64,000 nt of DNA from a virus. Positions 27,140 to 38,364 of this stretch are shown in pieces. Under the pieces are notes generated by a model. It was not told where the DNA came from and did not search any database. It saw nothing but the letters and a program-made list of their open reading frames with translations. Made by a program: the position numbers and the translations under genes. The stretch lies in the IMG/VR virus record IMGVR_UViG_3300047650_000023. One strand, written 5' to 3'. Positions within the stretch are counted from its first letter, which is position 1, and each line of letters begins with the position of its first letter.

Positions 27140-28212
27140 ATATGCCTATCGCTACTCCCTCGCTTTCGAGTAACCAAAATCGTAATAGAATTTTAGGTTA
27201 TACAAATCAACTTTCAGATGAGAAAAATCAATTGATTTATAAAATCAAAGAAAATTTTAAAAACAATCTTGATTATTTTCCTGTAACTAAAGATTTTGAT
27301 ACTTCAACTACATATGATGCTTTAATTTTCGATGGAAACCGTGACCAAAAAGTTTTAGGTTTTAAACAATTTGTAAGTTTTCCCTACGACACGTTACAGT
27401 TCGATATTGGAAATTATGTAAGTTTTCAATACGGTGATGAATACGAAAACTGGCTGATAACTTCATTAGATAAAGCACAACTGTGGAACGTCAATGGTGA
27501 TATTGAAAGATGCGTTAGTATTTTAAAATGGATTGATGATAATGGTGATTTACAATCTTATCCATGTGTGATTAAAGATACATCTGGGCGCATTATGATG
27601 CCTGATTTTAATGGCTTACTTGTTACACAAAATGGATATATTAAAATCGCTATTCAAGAAAATGCAGATACAGATTTAATAAAAAATAATGATAGATTTT
27701 TGTTTGGTATACCAAATAATTATACTGCTTTTAAAGTTGATTTGGCAAATAATTATACTAAAACAAAATCATTAACATTTGATTTATATATTACACAATT
27801 ATCACCAAATGATGATATTATAAACGGTATTGCGTGGAATGATGTGACTGGAAACAAACCACAGCCTGTTCCCTCTCCTACTGGTAAGAGTTATATATTA
27901 ACTTCTGATGGAAATATAACACAAGATAAAGATAATCCAAATTTGTATACTACAACCATTCTTCAAGGTTCAAATCATACACATACATTTCATATTGATA
28001 CTTATAACAACAATGTTCAACAAACTGATATATTTACAGTTACTTCAAGTGGTGTACCAACAAGTAATTATAGTTTAAATATTATTGATGGAAACACATT
28101 TACAATAACTAACAATCAGAAGTACACTGATAATAAATTAAAAGTTATTTGTACTGATACTTCTGATAATACAACAGTTGAATTAGATGTATTATTAGGA
28201 GGTGCTTGGTAA
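27136..28212 (+). CDS. putative head-closure/neck protein
   Basis: IGNYVSF...WLITSLD...LKWIDDNGDLQSYPC pattern; position in the operon. Confidence 0.5.
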   Translation: MNMPIATPSLSSNQNRNRILGYTNQLSDEKNQLIYKIKENFKNNLDYFPVTKDFDTSTTYDALIFDGNRDQKVLGFKQFVSFPYDTLQFDIGNYVSFQYGDEYENWLITSLDKAQLWNVNGDIERCVSILKWIDDNGDLQSYPCVIKDTSGRIMMPDFNGLLVTQNGYIKIAIQENADTDLIKNNDRFLFGIPNNYTAFKVDLANNYTKTKSLTFDLYITQLSPNDDIINGIAWNDVTGNKPQPVPSPTGKSYILTSDGNITQDKDNPNLYTTTILQGSNHTHTFHIDTYNNNVQQTDIFTVTSSGVPTSNYSLNIIDGNTFTITNNQKYTDNKLKVICTDTSDNTTVELDVLLGGAW

Positions 28213-28769
28213 TGCCTGATTTTTTAGGAAATGATTATTCTAAATTTACTGGATTAGCTGATATGCCCTACAATATTATTTCTTATTTACTTAATAATAA
28301 TGATAATTTGTGGAAAATGATTTATTATAATGATTCAGATTGTTTATTTAAAGATAATCTTACTATCGACCAAAAAACATCTTTAATTTACAATGGTCAA
28401 ACAGATTCTTCAACATATAGAATGTTTATGATAGACATGGTTGATGATATTGTAAATACAGAATATGCTTTTGTAAAAGTCTTTGAAGCAGTTATTACAC
28501 CAAATAATAGAATTGTTTCTACAATTAATTTTCAAATAGATGTTTTTTGTCATAATAAAATAAATCAAATGAGTAATTATCAACCGAGAACATTAAGGAT
28601 GAAACAAGAGGTTTTGAGTACGTTAAATGGTGCAAATATCGGTGGGTTAGGTTATTTAAGTTTTGACCAAGTTAGTTCAAGGCGTGATATTAGTTTGTTA
28701 AATTTGAGTAATAGTAAAGAATATAGTGGATATAGTATTTTAATGCATACTAATATGGGGAAGGGATAA
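28212..28769 (+). CDS. putative tail terminator/completion protein
   Basis: Coupled to the previous gene at TAATG; lies two genes before the tail tube. Confidence 0.5.
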   Translation: MPDFLGNDYSKFTGLADMPYNIISYLLNNNDNLWKMIYYNDSDCLFKDNLTIDQKTSLIYNGQTDSSTYRMFMIDMVDDIVNTEYAFVKVFEAVITPNNRIVSTINFQIDVFCHNKINQMSNYQPRTLRMKQEVLSTLNGANIGGLGYLSFDQVSSRRDISLLNLSNSKEYSGYSILMHTNMGKG

Positions 28770-29639
28770 ATGAATAAAAAAGAATTTGAATTACAATATG
28801 CTTCATATTTATTATTTGATGATCCGATTCCATATAAAGATTTATTGATATATCCGATTCCAATGGAAGATTATATTAAATTTAATACTTGCGTACAGAG
28901 TGTTTCTGTGGATAAAAATAGTATTGACACTAATAATCCTATGATTACTGCAAAAATTATTGGAATGTCTTATTTAGATTTTTTATTTTATATGGTTAAT
29001 CAATCTGAAAATGGAATAATTAACATTTCATATATGCTTAATTTACTTTGTATGTGTTTACATATTAATTCTGATGATATTGGTTTTCCTAATGAAATTC
29101 GACAGAATTATACATTGGATATTAAAACTAATAAAAAAGATAAAGACGGAATAGAAATTATCACAACTACAATTATTGATAGATTTGATTTTGATAATAT
29201 AAGAAAAATAATTTGTTATCAAAATTTAATTGATTTACCAGAAGATGATTTAACACCACCTGCTTTAAAAGAAAAGTTAAAAGAAGCTCAGGATTTCCAA
29301 AACAAAAGTAAAAAGAAAATGGGCAGTCTTGAAGACCAAATTATATGTCTAATGATTTCTACAGAATTAAATTTAGATATGATTAAACATATGAGCATAA
29401 GAAAGTTTGAAAAGGCTCTTTCTCGTATTGATTTCAAAATACATTATGAAATATATAAGGAAGCCGAATGTAGTGGAATGGTTACTTTTAAAAAAGGTGT
29501 AGACCATTGGATGAGTGATTTAACAAATGATGATAAATATTCAGATGTTAAAGTTGGTTTGGAAGATTTTAAAAGTAAAACTGGTTTTCAAAATATTCAA
29601 ACTGTAAACGAATCAGTTTCGTTAGAAAAAATCAGATAA
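28770..29639 (+). CDS. conserved tail-region protein (YomV position)
   Basis: 289-aa ORF abutting the previous stop. Confidence 0.55.
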   Translation: MNKKEFELQYASYLLFDDPIPYKDLLIYPIPMEDYIKFNTCVQSVSVDKNSIDTNNPMITAKIIGMSYLDFLFYMVNQSENGIINISYMLNLLCMCLHINSDDIGFPNEIRQNYTLDIKTNKKDKDGIEIITTTIIDRFDFDNIRKIICYQNLIDLPEDDLTPPALKEKLKEAQDFQNKSKKKMGSLEDQIICLMISTELNLDMIKHMSIRKFEKALSRIDFKIHYEIYKEAECSGMVTFKKGVDHWMSDLTNDDKYSDVKVGLEDFKSKTGFQNIQTVNESVSLEKIR

Positions 29640-29719
29640 GTTTGATTAATTAATCGTCTTTTATTAGGCGATTTTTTATTTATAACAAAATAAATTAAAA
29701 CAAGGAGGAAATTATAAAT

Positions 29720-30760
29720 ATGGCTTATGTAGATGAATATCTTGTTGGTGTAGGACACGCCTATTACTATGACACATTAGGTAATCTTATTCTCGAAGCA
29801 AAAACACAGATAGAAAATTCATTCACTTCAAGTACAGCTAATACAGAAATACATGGTGGACAAAATGACGAAACTCTTTTTGTATATTATCATACGGCAA
29901 AGCTTGCAGTTGCATTAAAAGATGCACAATTTAACCTTGCATTTTTAGCTGCAAATTTTGGGTCTTCAATTACTACTGGTGTTAATGTTTGGCAGACATC
30001 TAGTGTAACTTTAGCTTCTGGTGGGGTTGGAACTGCTCCTTCAGCGCCATTGCAATCTCCTGATAGTTCTGCAATATACGGATGGGTTACAGATCCAAGC
30101 GGTAATACAACCAAAGTTACTTTTACTGGAAGTACTTTTACTCTTGCTGGTGGTACAACTGGTGAAGTTGTGACGCTTCGTTATTTTACTGCCAATTCTG
30201 CCGCACAGCAGATAGTTATTCCTGCTGGTATTATCCCTGCTATTGGTAGACTTGTTGTTGATGCAACTTTAGCATCATCTACAACTGGAACTGGCATACT
30301 TGGAACTGTTCAAGTAGAAGTCCCTAGATTTCAAATGGATGGCTCAAATACTATTGACCTTAAATCGTCAGGTGTTTATGAGAATGATATTAAAGGTATG
30401 GCTCTTAAATTCACAGATGCAAGTGTTGGTAATATTGATGTTTATGCAAAAGTAACACAGATTATAAACAATGCTAATTGGTATGATAATGTTTCAATGA
30501 TACAGAATTCAGGTGGTGACGCAGTTGTGTTGACTTCTGGAAATTCTACAAGTCAATTGAATATTTATGCAATACCTACTGTCGGTCAAGCATTTATAGC
30601 AAATTCTGCAAATCTTTCATACATAAGTAGCACACCAGCTACATGTACAGTTTCTGCAACAGGACTTATTACGAGAGTAACTACTGGTAGTTCAGTTATA
30701 AGCGTTTCAATAGTTGGAGATACAAATGTAGCTTGTTCTATCAATGTAACCTGTTCATAA
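29720..30760 (+). CDS. major tail tube protein with C-terminal Ig-like domain
   Basis: 346 aa, S/T/G-rich; C-terminal YISSTPATCTVSATGLIT Big_2-like motif; strong SD GGAGG. Confidence 0.8.
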   Translation: MAYVDEYLVGVGHAYYYDTLGNLILEAKTQIENSFTSSTANTEIHGGQNDETLFVYYHTAKLAVALKDAQFNLAFLAANFGSSITTGVNVWQTSSVTLASGGVGTAPSAPLQSPDSSAIYGWVTDPSGNTTKVTFTGSTFTLAGGTTGEVVTLRYFTANSAAQQIVIPAGIIPAIGRLVVDATLASSTTGTGILGTVQVEVPRFQMDGSNTIDLKSSGVYENDIKGMALKFTDASVGNIDVYAKVTQIINNANWYDNVSMIQNSGGDAVVLTSGNSTSQLNIYAIPTVGQAFIANSANLSYISSTPATCTVSATGLITRVTTGSSVISVSIVGDTNVACSINVTCS

Positions 30761-30904
30761 TAAATTCAACTTAATTCAACTTAATTAAACTAAATAATAT
30801 GGTTTTTTTAATCTGATTCGAAGCGGATTAAGAGTAATAGTAGAGGAGTGTAATTCCTAAATACACTCCTCTTTCCCTATTTTATTCTATAGGAGGAATA
30901 TAAA

Positions 30905-32179
30905 ATGATTAAAAATTGCATCCAATGTGGAAAAGAAATAAATATTAGTAATAGAAATCAAAAATTATGTTTAGAATGTAGGAAAGAACATGAAAGATTA
31001 AATTATCAAAAACAGAATAATAAAAGAACAAACAAAAAGAAAATTGAATACGATAATAATTTTATTAATTGTACAGAAAACAATGGTATATCTTTAACTA
31101 TTAAAGGTTTTGATGAAATTAGTAGATTAAAATATGCTGCTTATAGATTTTTTTATAAAGAATCTTGGTTACAATTAATTATTAAATATAACAAATATGA
31201 CGAATTAATGAAATATTTAAAACAAGAATATTTAGATTATATCAATATAAATGGATATTTAGGAGTTGCAGATTTTGCAAAGAAACATCATAAATATATT
31301 ACATATGAATTAATTAGTGATATTGGTACGGAAATATTTTTGGATTTTTGCGGAGTAAAATACTATAGAAATGATATCGAAGATTATAAAAATAATTTTA
31401 ATGACCTAGTTATGGAATTAGGATACATACCTTTATACTCAGAATTTTTAAAAAACTCCAAAATAATGGTTGGAAATTATAAAAAGAGATTTAATCTAAT
31501 ACCACCTATATATGATAATATAGTTAAAATGTATGTTTCTGATTCTGAATTTGAAGAATATTTGCAAAATAATAAAGATCATAAATATATGGTAACTAAA
31601 GATCAACTTGAGTTAGGAAGAAATACATTATCTTTAGAAGAATTGGAAATCGAATTTAAGCGAGTATTTGATTTGTGTTTTGAACAAACAACTAAATATC
31701 CATCCATGAATTTATTTAACAAATTATCTTCACATGATGAATCTGTATACAGAAATAAATTAAGTTTATCTTGGAATAATGTTTGTAAATATTATGGATA
31801 TGAGTTTGACCATAATCCAAATATATTTGAAAATTATGTATTAAAACAAATTGAATTTATTTTAAAGACTACATGTGAGCCTCAAATGGTTTTTCCTTGG
31901 CTAATTGGAATAAAAAACTTTCCTTTATTTTGTGATGGATTTTATTCAGAGTATGGATTAGTCGTAGAAACTGATGGGATACAACATAAAGTTCCAGTTA
32001 GAAAATTTGGAGGCTATAAGAGGTTTGAAATACAACAGGCTAATGATAGATTAAAAGACAAATTAGTTAAAGAACATGGATATAAAATATTACATATTGA
32101 TATTGATTCTAATTGGACTAATACTGAATATTTAACACAACGAGTTAACGATATCCTAAAAGATATCGAAATAGCATAA
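30905..32179 (+). CDS. free-standing endonuclease, C-terminal Vsr/DUF559-like (EDxHD-type) domain
   Basis: N-terminal CxxC...CxxC; C-terminal FCDGFY...LVVETDGIQH...QQANDRLKD. Confidence 0.75.
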   Translation: MIKNCIQCGKEINISNRNQKLCLECRKEHERLNYQKQNNKRTNKKKIEYDNNFINCTENNGISLTIKGFDEISRLKYAAYRFFYKESWLQLIIKYNKYDELMKYLKQEYLDYININGYLGVADFAKKHHKYITYELISDIGTEIFLDFCGVKYYRNDIEDYKNNFNDLVMELGYIPLYSEFLKNSKIMVGNYKKRFNLIPPIYDNIVKMYVSDSEFEEYLQNNKDHKYMVTKDQLELGRNTLSLEELEIEFKRVFDLCFEQTTKYPSMNLFNKLSSHDESVYRNKLSLSWNNVCKYYGYEFDHNPNIFENYVLKQIEFILKTTCEPQMVFPWLIGIKNFPLFCDGFYSEYGLVVETDGIQHKVPVRKFGGYKRFEIQQANDRLKDKLVKEHGYKILHIDIDSNWTNTEYLTQRVNDILKDIEIA

Positions 32180-32303
32180 ACAATAAAATTAAATTAAATA
32201 ACTGAACTTAGATTTATAAGGAACAGTGATAAGTGGTCAAATATCACTGTCATTGTTCCTATTTTTTACAGTTTTTATAACACAAGAAAGGAGAATAAAA
32301 TTT

Positions 32304-32678
32304 ATGCTAAATATATTTCTCAAGTATTGGGAGATTATTTTGCCTGTCCTAACAGGTGTGAGTGCTTTAATTATGTTTTTTGTAAACATTGATAAATGTG
32401 TGAATTATGTAAAAAATAAAATTAAAAGAATATTCAATCACAATAATTTTAATAAACTACATAAAAAGATTGATGAAAATAATTCAGAAACAAATAATAA
32501 TTTAACTGATATTAAAACTCAAATATCAGAAATGCAGAAACTAATAGCAAACATGCAGATAGAAATGAACGATAGATTAACCAAACAAGATAATGTTTTA
32601 GATGGGCAAAATGTTGTTATTGCAAAAATAGATGGTAAAACTGATGTTCTTGAAGATTTTTGTAAATCAAAAAACTGA
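32304..32678 (+). CDS. N-terminal TM plus coiled-coil protein
   Basis: SD AAGGAG before the ATG at 32304; hydrophobic WEIILPVLTGVSALIMFF. Confidence 0.6.
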   Translation: MLNIFLKYWEIILPVLTGVSALIMFFVNIDKCVNYVKNKIKRIFNHNNFNKLHKKIDENNSETNNNLTDIKTQISEMQKLIANMQIEMNDRLTKQDNVLDGQNVVIAKIDGKTDVLEDFCKSKN

Positions 32679-32751
32679 TTATTTTAATATATCCCAATAG
32701 AAAGTAAGTTTGCTTGGGTTTGAATTTAACAAGAAAAAGAGGTGATTTAAT

Positions 32752-33309
32752 ATTCAAAAATTAAAATTAGTATCCCCTATTCCCTGTTCGGTCAATCATT
32801 ACATCAAGCCAAGAGCATTTTTAGTTCATGGAAAACCACAAGTTAGTCTATATGAAACAACAGAAGCTAAAAAGTATAAAAAGGATTTTTGTACATATGT
32901 AAAAGAACAAGTGAAATTACAACAATTTAATATCATACCAAATAAAACACAGCATTTTTATATTGACTGTGTTTTTTATTTTGACCGTATAGATAAAGAT
33001 TGTAATAATTATTTTAAACTTCTGCTTGATGCGATTACAGACACACAAGCAATATGGGTTGATGATAATGTGACACTTGAAAGAGTCAATGCAATCTATT
33101 ATGATTCGCAAAACCCTAGAATAGAATTAACTATATATCCTGTTGATTATATCGGAATTTTTAATAATCAAGAACAATTAGAAACTTTTGAATCTAATTG
33201 CATCCAATGCAAAAAGTATAAGGAAAGGAAATGTAGTGTTCTAAATAAAGCTATTGAGGGCAGAATTCAAGAAGAGATAGTTGATGGAAAATGTTCAAAA
33301 TTTAAATAA
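32752..33309 (+). CDS. rusA: RusA-family Holliday junction resolvase, probable ATT start
   Basis: The in-frame extension upstream of 32911 encodes PIPCSVNHY; core has DKDCNNYFKLLLDAI...VDD. SD GAGGTG precedes the ATT at 32752, with an in-frame TGA just upstream. Confidence 0.8.
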   Translation: MQKLKLVSPIPCSVNHYIKPRAFLVHGKPQVSLYETTEAKKYKKDFCTYVKEQVKLQQFNIIPNKTQHFYIDCVFYFDRIDKDCNNYFKLLLDAITDTQAIWVDDNVTLERVNAIYYDSQNPRIELTIYPVDYIGIFNNQEQLETFESNCIQCKKYKERKCSVLNKAIEGRIQEEIVDGKCSKFK

Positions 33310-33338
33310 TAAATAAATTAAAGGTGGTAAATTAATTA

Positions 33339-34067
33339 ATGTTAAAAATAACGAAAGCACAACTAGATAGAATTTGCAAGTCAATCAATGAATTTGAAAA
33401 TGGAAATGTTATAATTCCTTTTGAAATTAGTAAAGATGAAACAATAAATATAGAGTTTAAGACTTCCCTATCATTAGTAAATACAAGTCTATTTATTGAT
33501 AGGGTTGTATCTAGTTCATTTACAAAAGATAATGAATACTTGCCAGAATATCATAGACTTATGTTTTTCGCAACGTTAATTCAAATGCTTTCTAATATTC
33601 CTATACCAGAAATAAAACAAATTGTAAATGATAAGGAAATTAAAGTTCTTGATTTAGCAAAAATACAAGATATTATGAATGAAACTAATTTGATGGAAAA
33701 AATTTATGGATTTAATTCTTGCCATGGTTTAGAGAACGAAAATAGGCTTTATGAATTTATTAGAAATCTTGAGATTATGGTAAATGAGAAAATTAAGATT
33801 AGACAAGATGAGATTTTGAGTGAGAAGAATAATGTTTCAGATAAAGTTATTAACGATTACAGTCAGATAACTGGATTAATTTTAGGATTACTAGGTAAGG
33901 CAAATTCTATGATGGATGGATTAGATGTTCAGAAAATTATGTCAGTTGTATCTGAATTAAATAAAGGTGGAGAAAAGATTACTTCTGATAGTATTGCAAA
34001 AACTTTCATCAAGCAAATGTATCCAAATGGTGTTGTTGCAACAGAAAGTGTAAATAAGGCAGAATAA
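33339..34067 (+). CDS. hypothetical protein (possible tail assembly chaperone)
   Basis: 242-aa ORF with SD; function by position only. Confidence 0.55.
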   Translation: MLKITKAQLDRICKSINEFENGNVIIPFEISKDETINIEFKTSLSLVNTSLFIDRVVSSSFTKDNEYLPEYHRLMFFATLIQMLSNIPIPEIKQIVNDKEIKVLDLAKIQDIMNETNLMEKIYGFNSCHGLENENRLYEFIRNLEIMVNEKIKIRQDEILSEKNNVSDKVINDYSQITGLILGLLGKANSMMDGLDVQKIMSVVSELNKGGEKITSDSIAKTFIKQMYPNGVVATESVNKAE

Positions 34068-34099
34068 TAAATTAAATAAATGATTTAAGGATTGATTAA

Positions 34100-34261
34100 A
34101 TGAAGAAAATATTTAATATCTATCAGGCAAATGTGTTTATACAAAATGGTTGTACTGTTGATGGGTGTGGACTCGGAAATAAATATAAAACCTACGTTTC
34201 GTTTGTTGAAGATAAAAAATTTAAAGAAATGATGCAGAGATGGATGGCTAAAGAATTTTAG
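34100..34261 (+). CDS. small hypothetical protein (53 aa, not in ORF track)
   Basis: MKKIFNIYQANVFIQNGCTV...QRWMAKEF*; SD AAGGA. Confidence 0.6.
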   Translation: MKKIFNIYQANVFIQNGCTVDGCGLGNKYKTYVSFVEDKKFKEMMQRWMAKEF

Positions 34262-34294
34262 TCATCCTCTTTTGATTTTAAGGAGGATTTTAAA

Positions 34295-35353
34295 ATGTTA
34301 ATATTACCACAAGAGGTTGAAATTAAATGGGCAGGTGCAATAACAAAATATTATACGGATAAAGGATATAAACCAGTACCATATAGAAGTATTATTAAAA
34401 TAAATGTATTAGATTTATCAAAAGGTTCATTAGCTAAAGTGAATATACAATGTGATGAATGTGGAGAAATAGTTCCTGTAATTTGGAGAAATTATTTACA
34501 ACGAGAAACAGAAGAATATTATTGCCCAAAATGTTTTAGAAGTAAAATAAGACATAGAGATGAAAATGGTAAATTAATATTGGAAGAACCAATTTATCAT
34601 AATAAAGAATGGTTATATAATGAATACATAATTAAAGACCGTAGTGGTGAAGAAATTTCTGATGAATTAAAAATTGATTTGCGTACAATAAGATATTGGA
34701 CTGCAAAATACGGTTTTGCGAAAGAAGGATTATTAACAGGAATTATTAGTGAAGATGAATTATATGACTTATATATTAATCAGAGTTTATCTACCACTGA
34801 AATTGGAGAAATATATGGTCTGTGCGATAATTCTATTTCAAAATTATTAAGAGAATACGAAATAGATGTAGCAGATCAATCAGAAGCAATGAGAAAGTAT
34901 TATTATGAAAAAGGTGGATTAGAAAAATCAATTGAATATGCTAATAGATTAGAAAATCGTATTATTCGTTCATGTAGAGTTAGAGGTATTAATGTTGAAG
35001 ATTTTGACGGATTTTTATCAGATGAAACAACATTAATTAGAGGTACTCAAGATTATAAAAAGTGGCGACAGGCGGTATTTGAACGAGATAATTATACTTG
35101 TCAATGTTGTGGTCAACGAGGTTATAAATTACAAGCACATCATATAGAAAATTTTTCATCTGAAATAGATAAAAGATTTGATATTAAAAATGGTGTAACC
35201 ATGTGTGAACATTGTCACGGAATAAAATATAAAGATAGTTTTCACAACGTGTATGGAAAAAGAAATAATACAAAAGAACAATTAGACGAATATATAAAAA
35301 ATAAAAGACAACTAATTAAAGTTGATATTGAAAGTGAGGAATCAAATGGCTAG
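34295..35353 (+). CDS. free-standing HNH homing endonuclease
   Basis: C-terminal RDNYTCQCCG...QAHH...NGVTMCEHCH; N-terminal zinc ribbon and HTH repeats. Confidence 0.88.
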   Translation: MLILPQEVEIKWAGAITKYYTDKGYKPVPYRSIIKINVLDLSKGSLAKVNIQCDECGEIVPVIWRNYLQRETEEYYCPKCFRSKIRHRDENGKLILEEPIYHNKEWLYNEYIIKDRSGEEISDELKIDLRTIRYWTAKYGFAKEGLLTGIISEDELYDLYINQSLSTTEIGEIYGLCDNSISKLLREYEIDVADQSEAMRKYYYEKGGLEKSIEYANRLENRIIRSCRVRGINVEDFDGFLSDETTLIRGTQDYKKWRQAVFERDNYTCQCCGQRGYKLQAHHIENFSSEIDKRFDIKNGVTMCEHCHGIKYKDSFHNVYGKRNNTKEQLDEYIKNKRQLIKVDIESEESNG

Positions 35354-36380
35354 AAAAACACAACAAAACTCAATTACAAGTCCTGAATTAATATCAAAAG
35401 TTAATCCTGAAAACATAAGATTACTAGATGATTTTATTATATTTATGAGGTCTGTAAAACGAAGTGAGAAGACGATTGGTGGTTATCAAAACGATATACA
35501 TATATTCTTTGTTTGGAATTTAAAATTTAATAAGAATAAATTTTTTGTAGAAATTACAAAAAGAGATATAATAGCTTATCAAAATTGGATAACAAACACT
35601 AATGGAAATTCGCCTGCTCGTATTCGTAGACTTAAATCTGCATTAGCTTCAATGAGCAATTATATCGAAAATATACTCGATGAAGATCCAGATTTCAAAG
35701 GTTTTAAGAAGATAGTAAATAAGATTGAAAATCCTGCAAATCAAGCAGTTAGAGAAAAGACTGTATTTACAGATGAACAATTACAAATATTACTTGATTA
35801 TTATGTTGGTAAAAAACAATATATTAAAGCATGTGCTACTGCAATTTGTATGTGTTCTGGAGCAAGAAAATCAGAAATAGTACGTTATAAGGTAAGTTAT
35901 TTTACAGATGAAAATATTATTTATGGTTCTTTGTACAAAACACCTGAAAAGATGATTACAAAAGGTCGTAACGGTGGAAAATTAATCAATAGATATATTT
36001 TGGCTAATCAGTTTAAACCCTATCTTGATTTATGGTTAAAACAACGTGAAGAATTAGGTGTAGAAGGTGATTGGTTATTTTCAACGCAAGATGAAAACGG
36101 TAATTGGGTACAAATGAATGCAGATACTTTAAATAGTTGGGCAGAAACAGCAACAAGAGTATTGAGTGTTGATTTTTATTGGCACAGTTTAAGACATTAT
36201 TTTTGTACTCATCTTGCGAAATTAGGACTACCAGATAGCGTTATTATTGAGATTATCGGTTGGGAATCAGCAGATATGGTAAAAATTTACAATGATATTT
36301 CGGCAGATGAACAAATAGGTAAATATTTTGATGAAAATGGGATTAAAGAAATTAAGAAAGCTGAACTGTCGGATTTGTAA
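35346..36380 (+). CDS. tyrosine recombinase (YomM-like)
   Basis: R in SGARKSE, K in TKGR, HSLRH, IGW and Y in VKIYND; N-terminal SAM-like domain. Confidence 0.9.
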   Translation: MARKTQQNSITSPELISKVNPENIRLLDDFIIFMRSVKRSEKTIGGYQNDIHIFFVWNLKFNKNKFFVEITKRDIIAYQNWITNTNGNSPARIRRLKSALASMSNYIENILDEDPDFKGFKKIVNKIENPANQAVREKTVFTDEQLQILLDYYVGKKQYIKACATAICMCSGARKSEIVRYKVSYFTDENIIYGSLYKTPEKMITKGRNGGKLINRYILANQFKPYLDLWLKQREELGVEGDWLFSTQDENGNWVQMNADTLNSWAETATRVLSVDFYWHSLRHYFCTHLAKLGLPDSVIIEIIGWESADMVKIYNDISADEQIGKYFDENGIKEIKKAELSDL

Positions 36381-36481
36381 ATCCCAATCAATCCGTAATT
36401 TGATAGTATTATTCCCTATTCAAACATTAAATTAATTAAACAATATTAAAAACAATTAATTAAAAAAGGAGGCGATTTATT

Positions 36482-38344
36482 ATAGCGGATGTAAACTATA
36501 TGCAGGGATTAAGGCAAAATGTCCCTGCAATTTCAACAGATGATTTAACATGGTATTTTGCAAATGATACAGGCGAAATATTTAAAGGGACTGGACAAGG
36601 TTTACCAGTTATCAAAATCGGAGATATTTATCCTCTTGCTACAGATGCAGACAGACAAAATTTATCTGGGGCATTTTTAATAAATGGGAAATGCTATTAT
36701 GTTCAAAGTACAAAAACGCTTTGGTACTATTCAACTTCTACTTTATGGCAAATTATTACCAGTTCACCAGTTCAATCTTCATGGAGTGAATCAGACAACA
36801 CACAATTGGATTATATAAAAAATAAACCAGTTTTTGATACTACATCAGCTGATATACAACCAAATGGTACACAAGCGGCAGGTTCAACAGGTATGATTGC
36901 AGATGCAGGACATGTACATCCTATTGATACAACTAGAGCAAGTTTAAGTTCAAATACATATAGTGGCAATCAAACTGCACCTGAGTTTATAGGTTCATTA
37001 AATGGTAATGCAACAACATCTACAACAGCAAGCACGTTAGCTACACCAAGAATAATATCAACAAGTGGAGATGTAACTGCTACACCTACAGATTTTGATG
37101 GCAGTTCAAATATAACAATTCCATTAACTTTATCGCCATCAGGAGTTGCTGTAGGTACATATCCAAAAGTTACTGTAAATATAAAAGGATTAGTTACAAA
37201 TGGTACAACCTTATCCCCTACTGATATACCTACACTTACTCATACATCTATATCTGATTTTGATACAGAAGTACATACTAGTAGATTAGATCAAATGAGC
37301 AATCCCACATCTAGTGTATCTATGAATAATCAAACAATAATAAATTTAGGTACACCTGTTAACTCAAATGATGCAGCCAATAAATCATATGTAGATGCTG
37401 TAACACAAGGGATGCAGCCAAAATTAGCAGTTAGAGTTGCTACTACTGGTTCAAATATAACTTTATCTGGGATTCAAACTATTGATGGAATTTTATTAGC
37501 AGTGGGAGATAGAATATTAGTCAAAGACCAAACCAATTCTACGCAAAATGGGATTTATGTTGTATCTTCAAGTACATGGAGTTTATCCTCCGATGCTAAT
37601 TCTTCAACTAATATAAAAGCAGGAATGTATACATTTGTTGAAATGGGTACTATCAATATAAATACAGGATGGTCTTTAGTATTAGATCCTGATATTACCA
37701 TTGTTATAGGTACTACTAATTTTATATTTACACAATTTACTGGTGTTGGAGATATAATCACAGGAACTGGTTTAAGTAAGAGTGGTAATACCCTTTCTTT
37801 AGCAGCATCTGGAGTTACAGCAGGAACTTATACAAAAACGACCGTAGATGCTACAGGTAGAGTTATAAGTGCAACAAATTTAACTTCATCTGATTTACCA
37901 ATTGCCACAACATCTTCCACTGGTATAGTCAAAGTTGGTAATGGATTGTCAGTAGATATATATGGTAATTTAAGTTCTATAAATATTAATACAATACAAG
38001 CAACTGTCTCAGAAACATTGACAGCAGGAGCATTTGTTAATATTTATAATAATAGTGGTACGTTATCTGTTAGGAATGCAAATGCAACTGATAATACTAA
38101 ACCTGTAAATGGATTTATATTAAATTCATATAATGTTGGGAATACCGCTACAATTTATTTGTCTGGTATGAACAATCAATTATCTGGATTGACTATAGAA
38201 AATCAATATTATTTATCAACAACTAATGGTGTTGTTAGTACAACGATTCCAGTAAGCACTGGAAATTTAATTCAGTTTGTCGGAAGTGCGATAAATACAA
38301 CAACTATTGTATATCAGCAAAATATATTATTCACAAATTTATAA
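36482..38344 (+). CDS. tail fibre / virion appendage protein (possible ATA start at 36482; first ATG at 36500)
   Basis: T/S/G-rich; fibre motifs GTYPKVTVNIKGLVT, GTYTKTTVDATGRV and VRVATT...GDRILVKDQT...QNGIY. Confidence 0.75.
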   Translation: MADVNYMQGLRQNVPAISTDDLTWYFANDTGEIFKGTGQGLPVIKIGDIYPLATDADRQNLSGAFLINGKCYYVQSTKTLWYYSTSTLWQIITSSPVQSSWSESDNTQLDYIKNKPVFDTTSADIQPNGTQAAGSTGMIADAGHVHPIDTTRASLSSNTYSGNQTAPEFIGSLNGNATTSTTASTLATPRIISTSGDVTATPTDFDGSSNITIPLTLSPSGVAVGTYPKVTVNIKGLVTNGTTLSPTDIPTLTHTSISDFDTEVHTSRLDQMSNPTSSVSMNNQTIINLGTPVNSNDAANKSYVDAVTQGMQPKLAVRVATTGSNITLSGIQTIDGILLAVGDRILVKDQTNSTQNGIYVVSSSTWSLSSDANSSTNIKAGMYTFVEMGTININTGWSLVLDPDITIVIGTTNFIFTQFTGVGDIITGTGLSKSGNTLSLAASGVTAGTYTKTTVDATGRVISATNLTSSDLPIATTSSTGIVKVGNGLSVDIYGNLSSININTIQATVSETLTAGAFVNIYNNSGTLSVRNANATDNTKPVNGFILNSYNVGNTATIYLSGMNNQLSGLTIENQYYLSTTNGVVSTTIPVSTGNLIQFVGSAINTTTIVYQQNILFTNL

Positions 38345-38364
38345 GAGAAAGAAGGAAATCAACT

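Noticed and set aside
35346-36480. Prophage integrase with attachment site and host boundary
   Set aside because: Phage structural genes continue on both sides, and no host genes or att-like duplication are visible.
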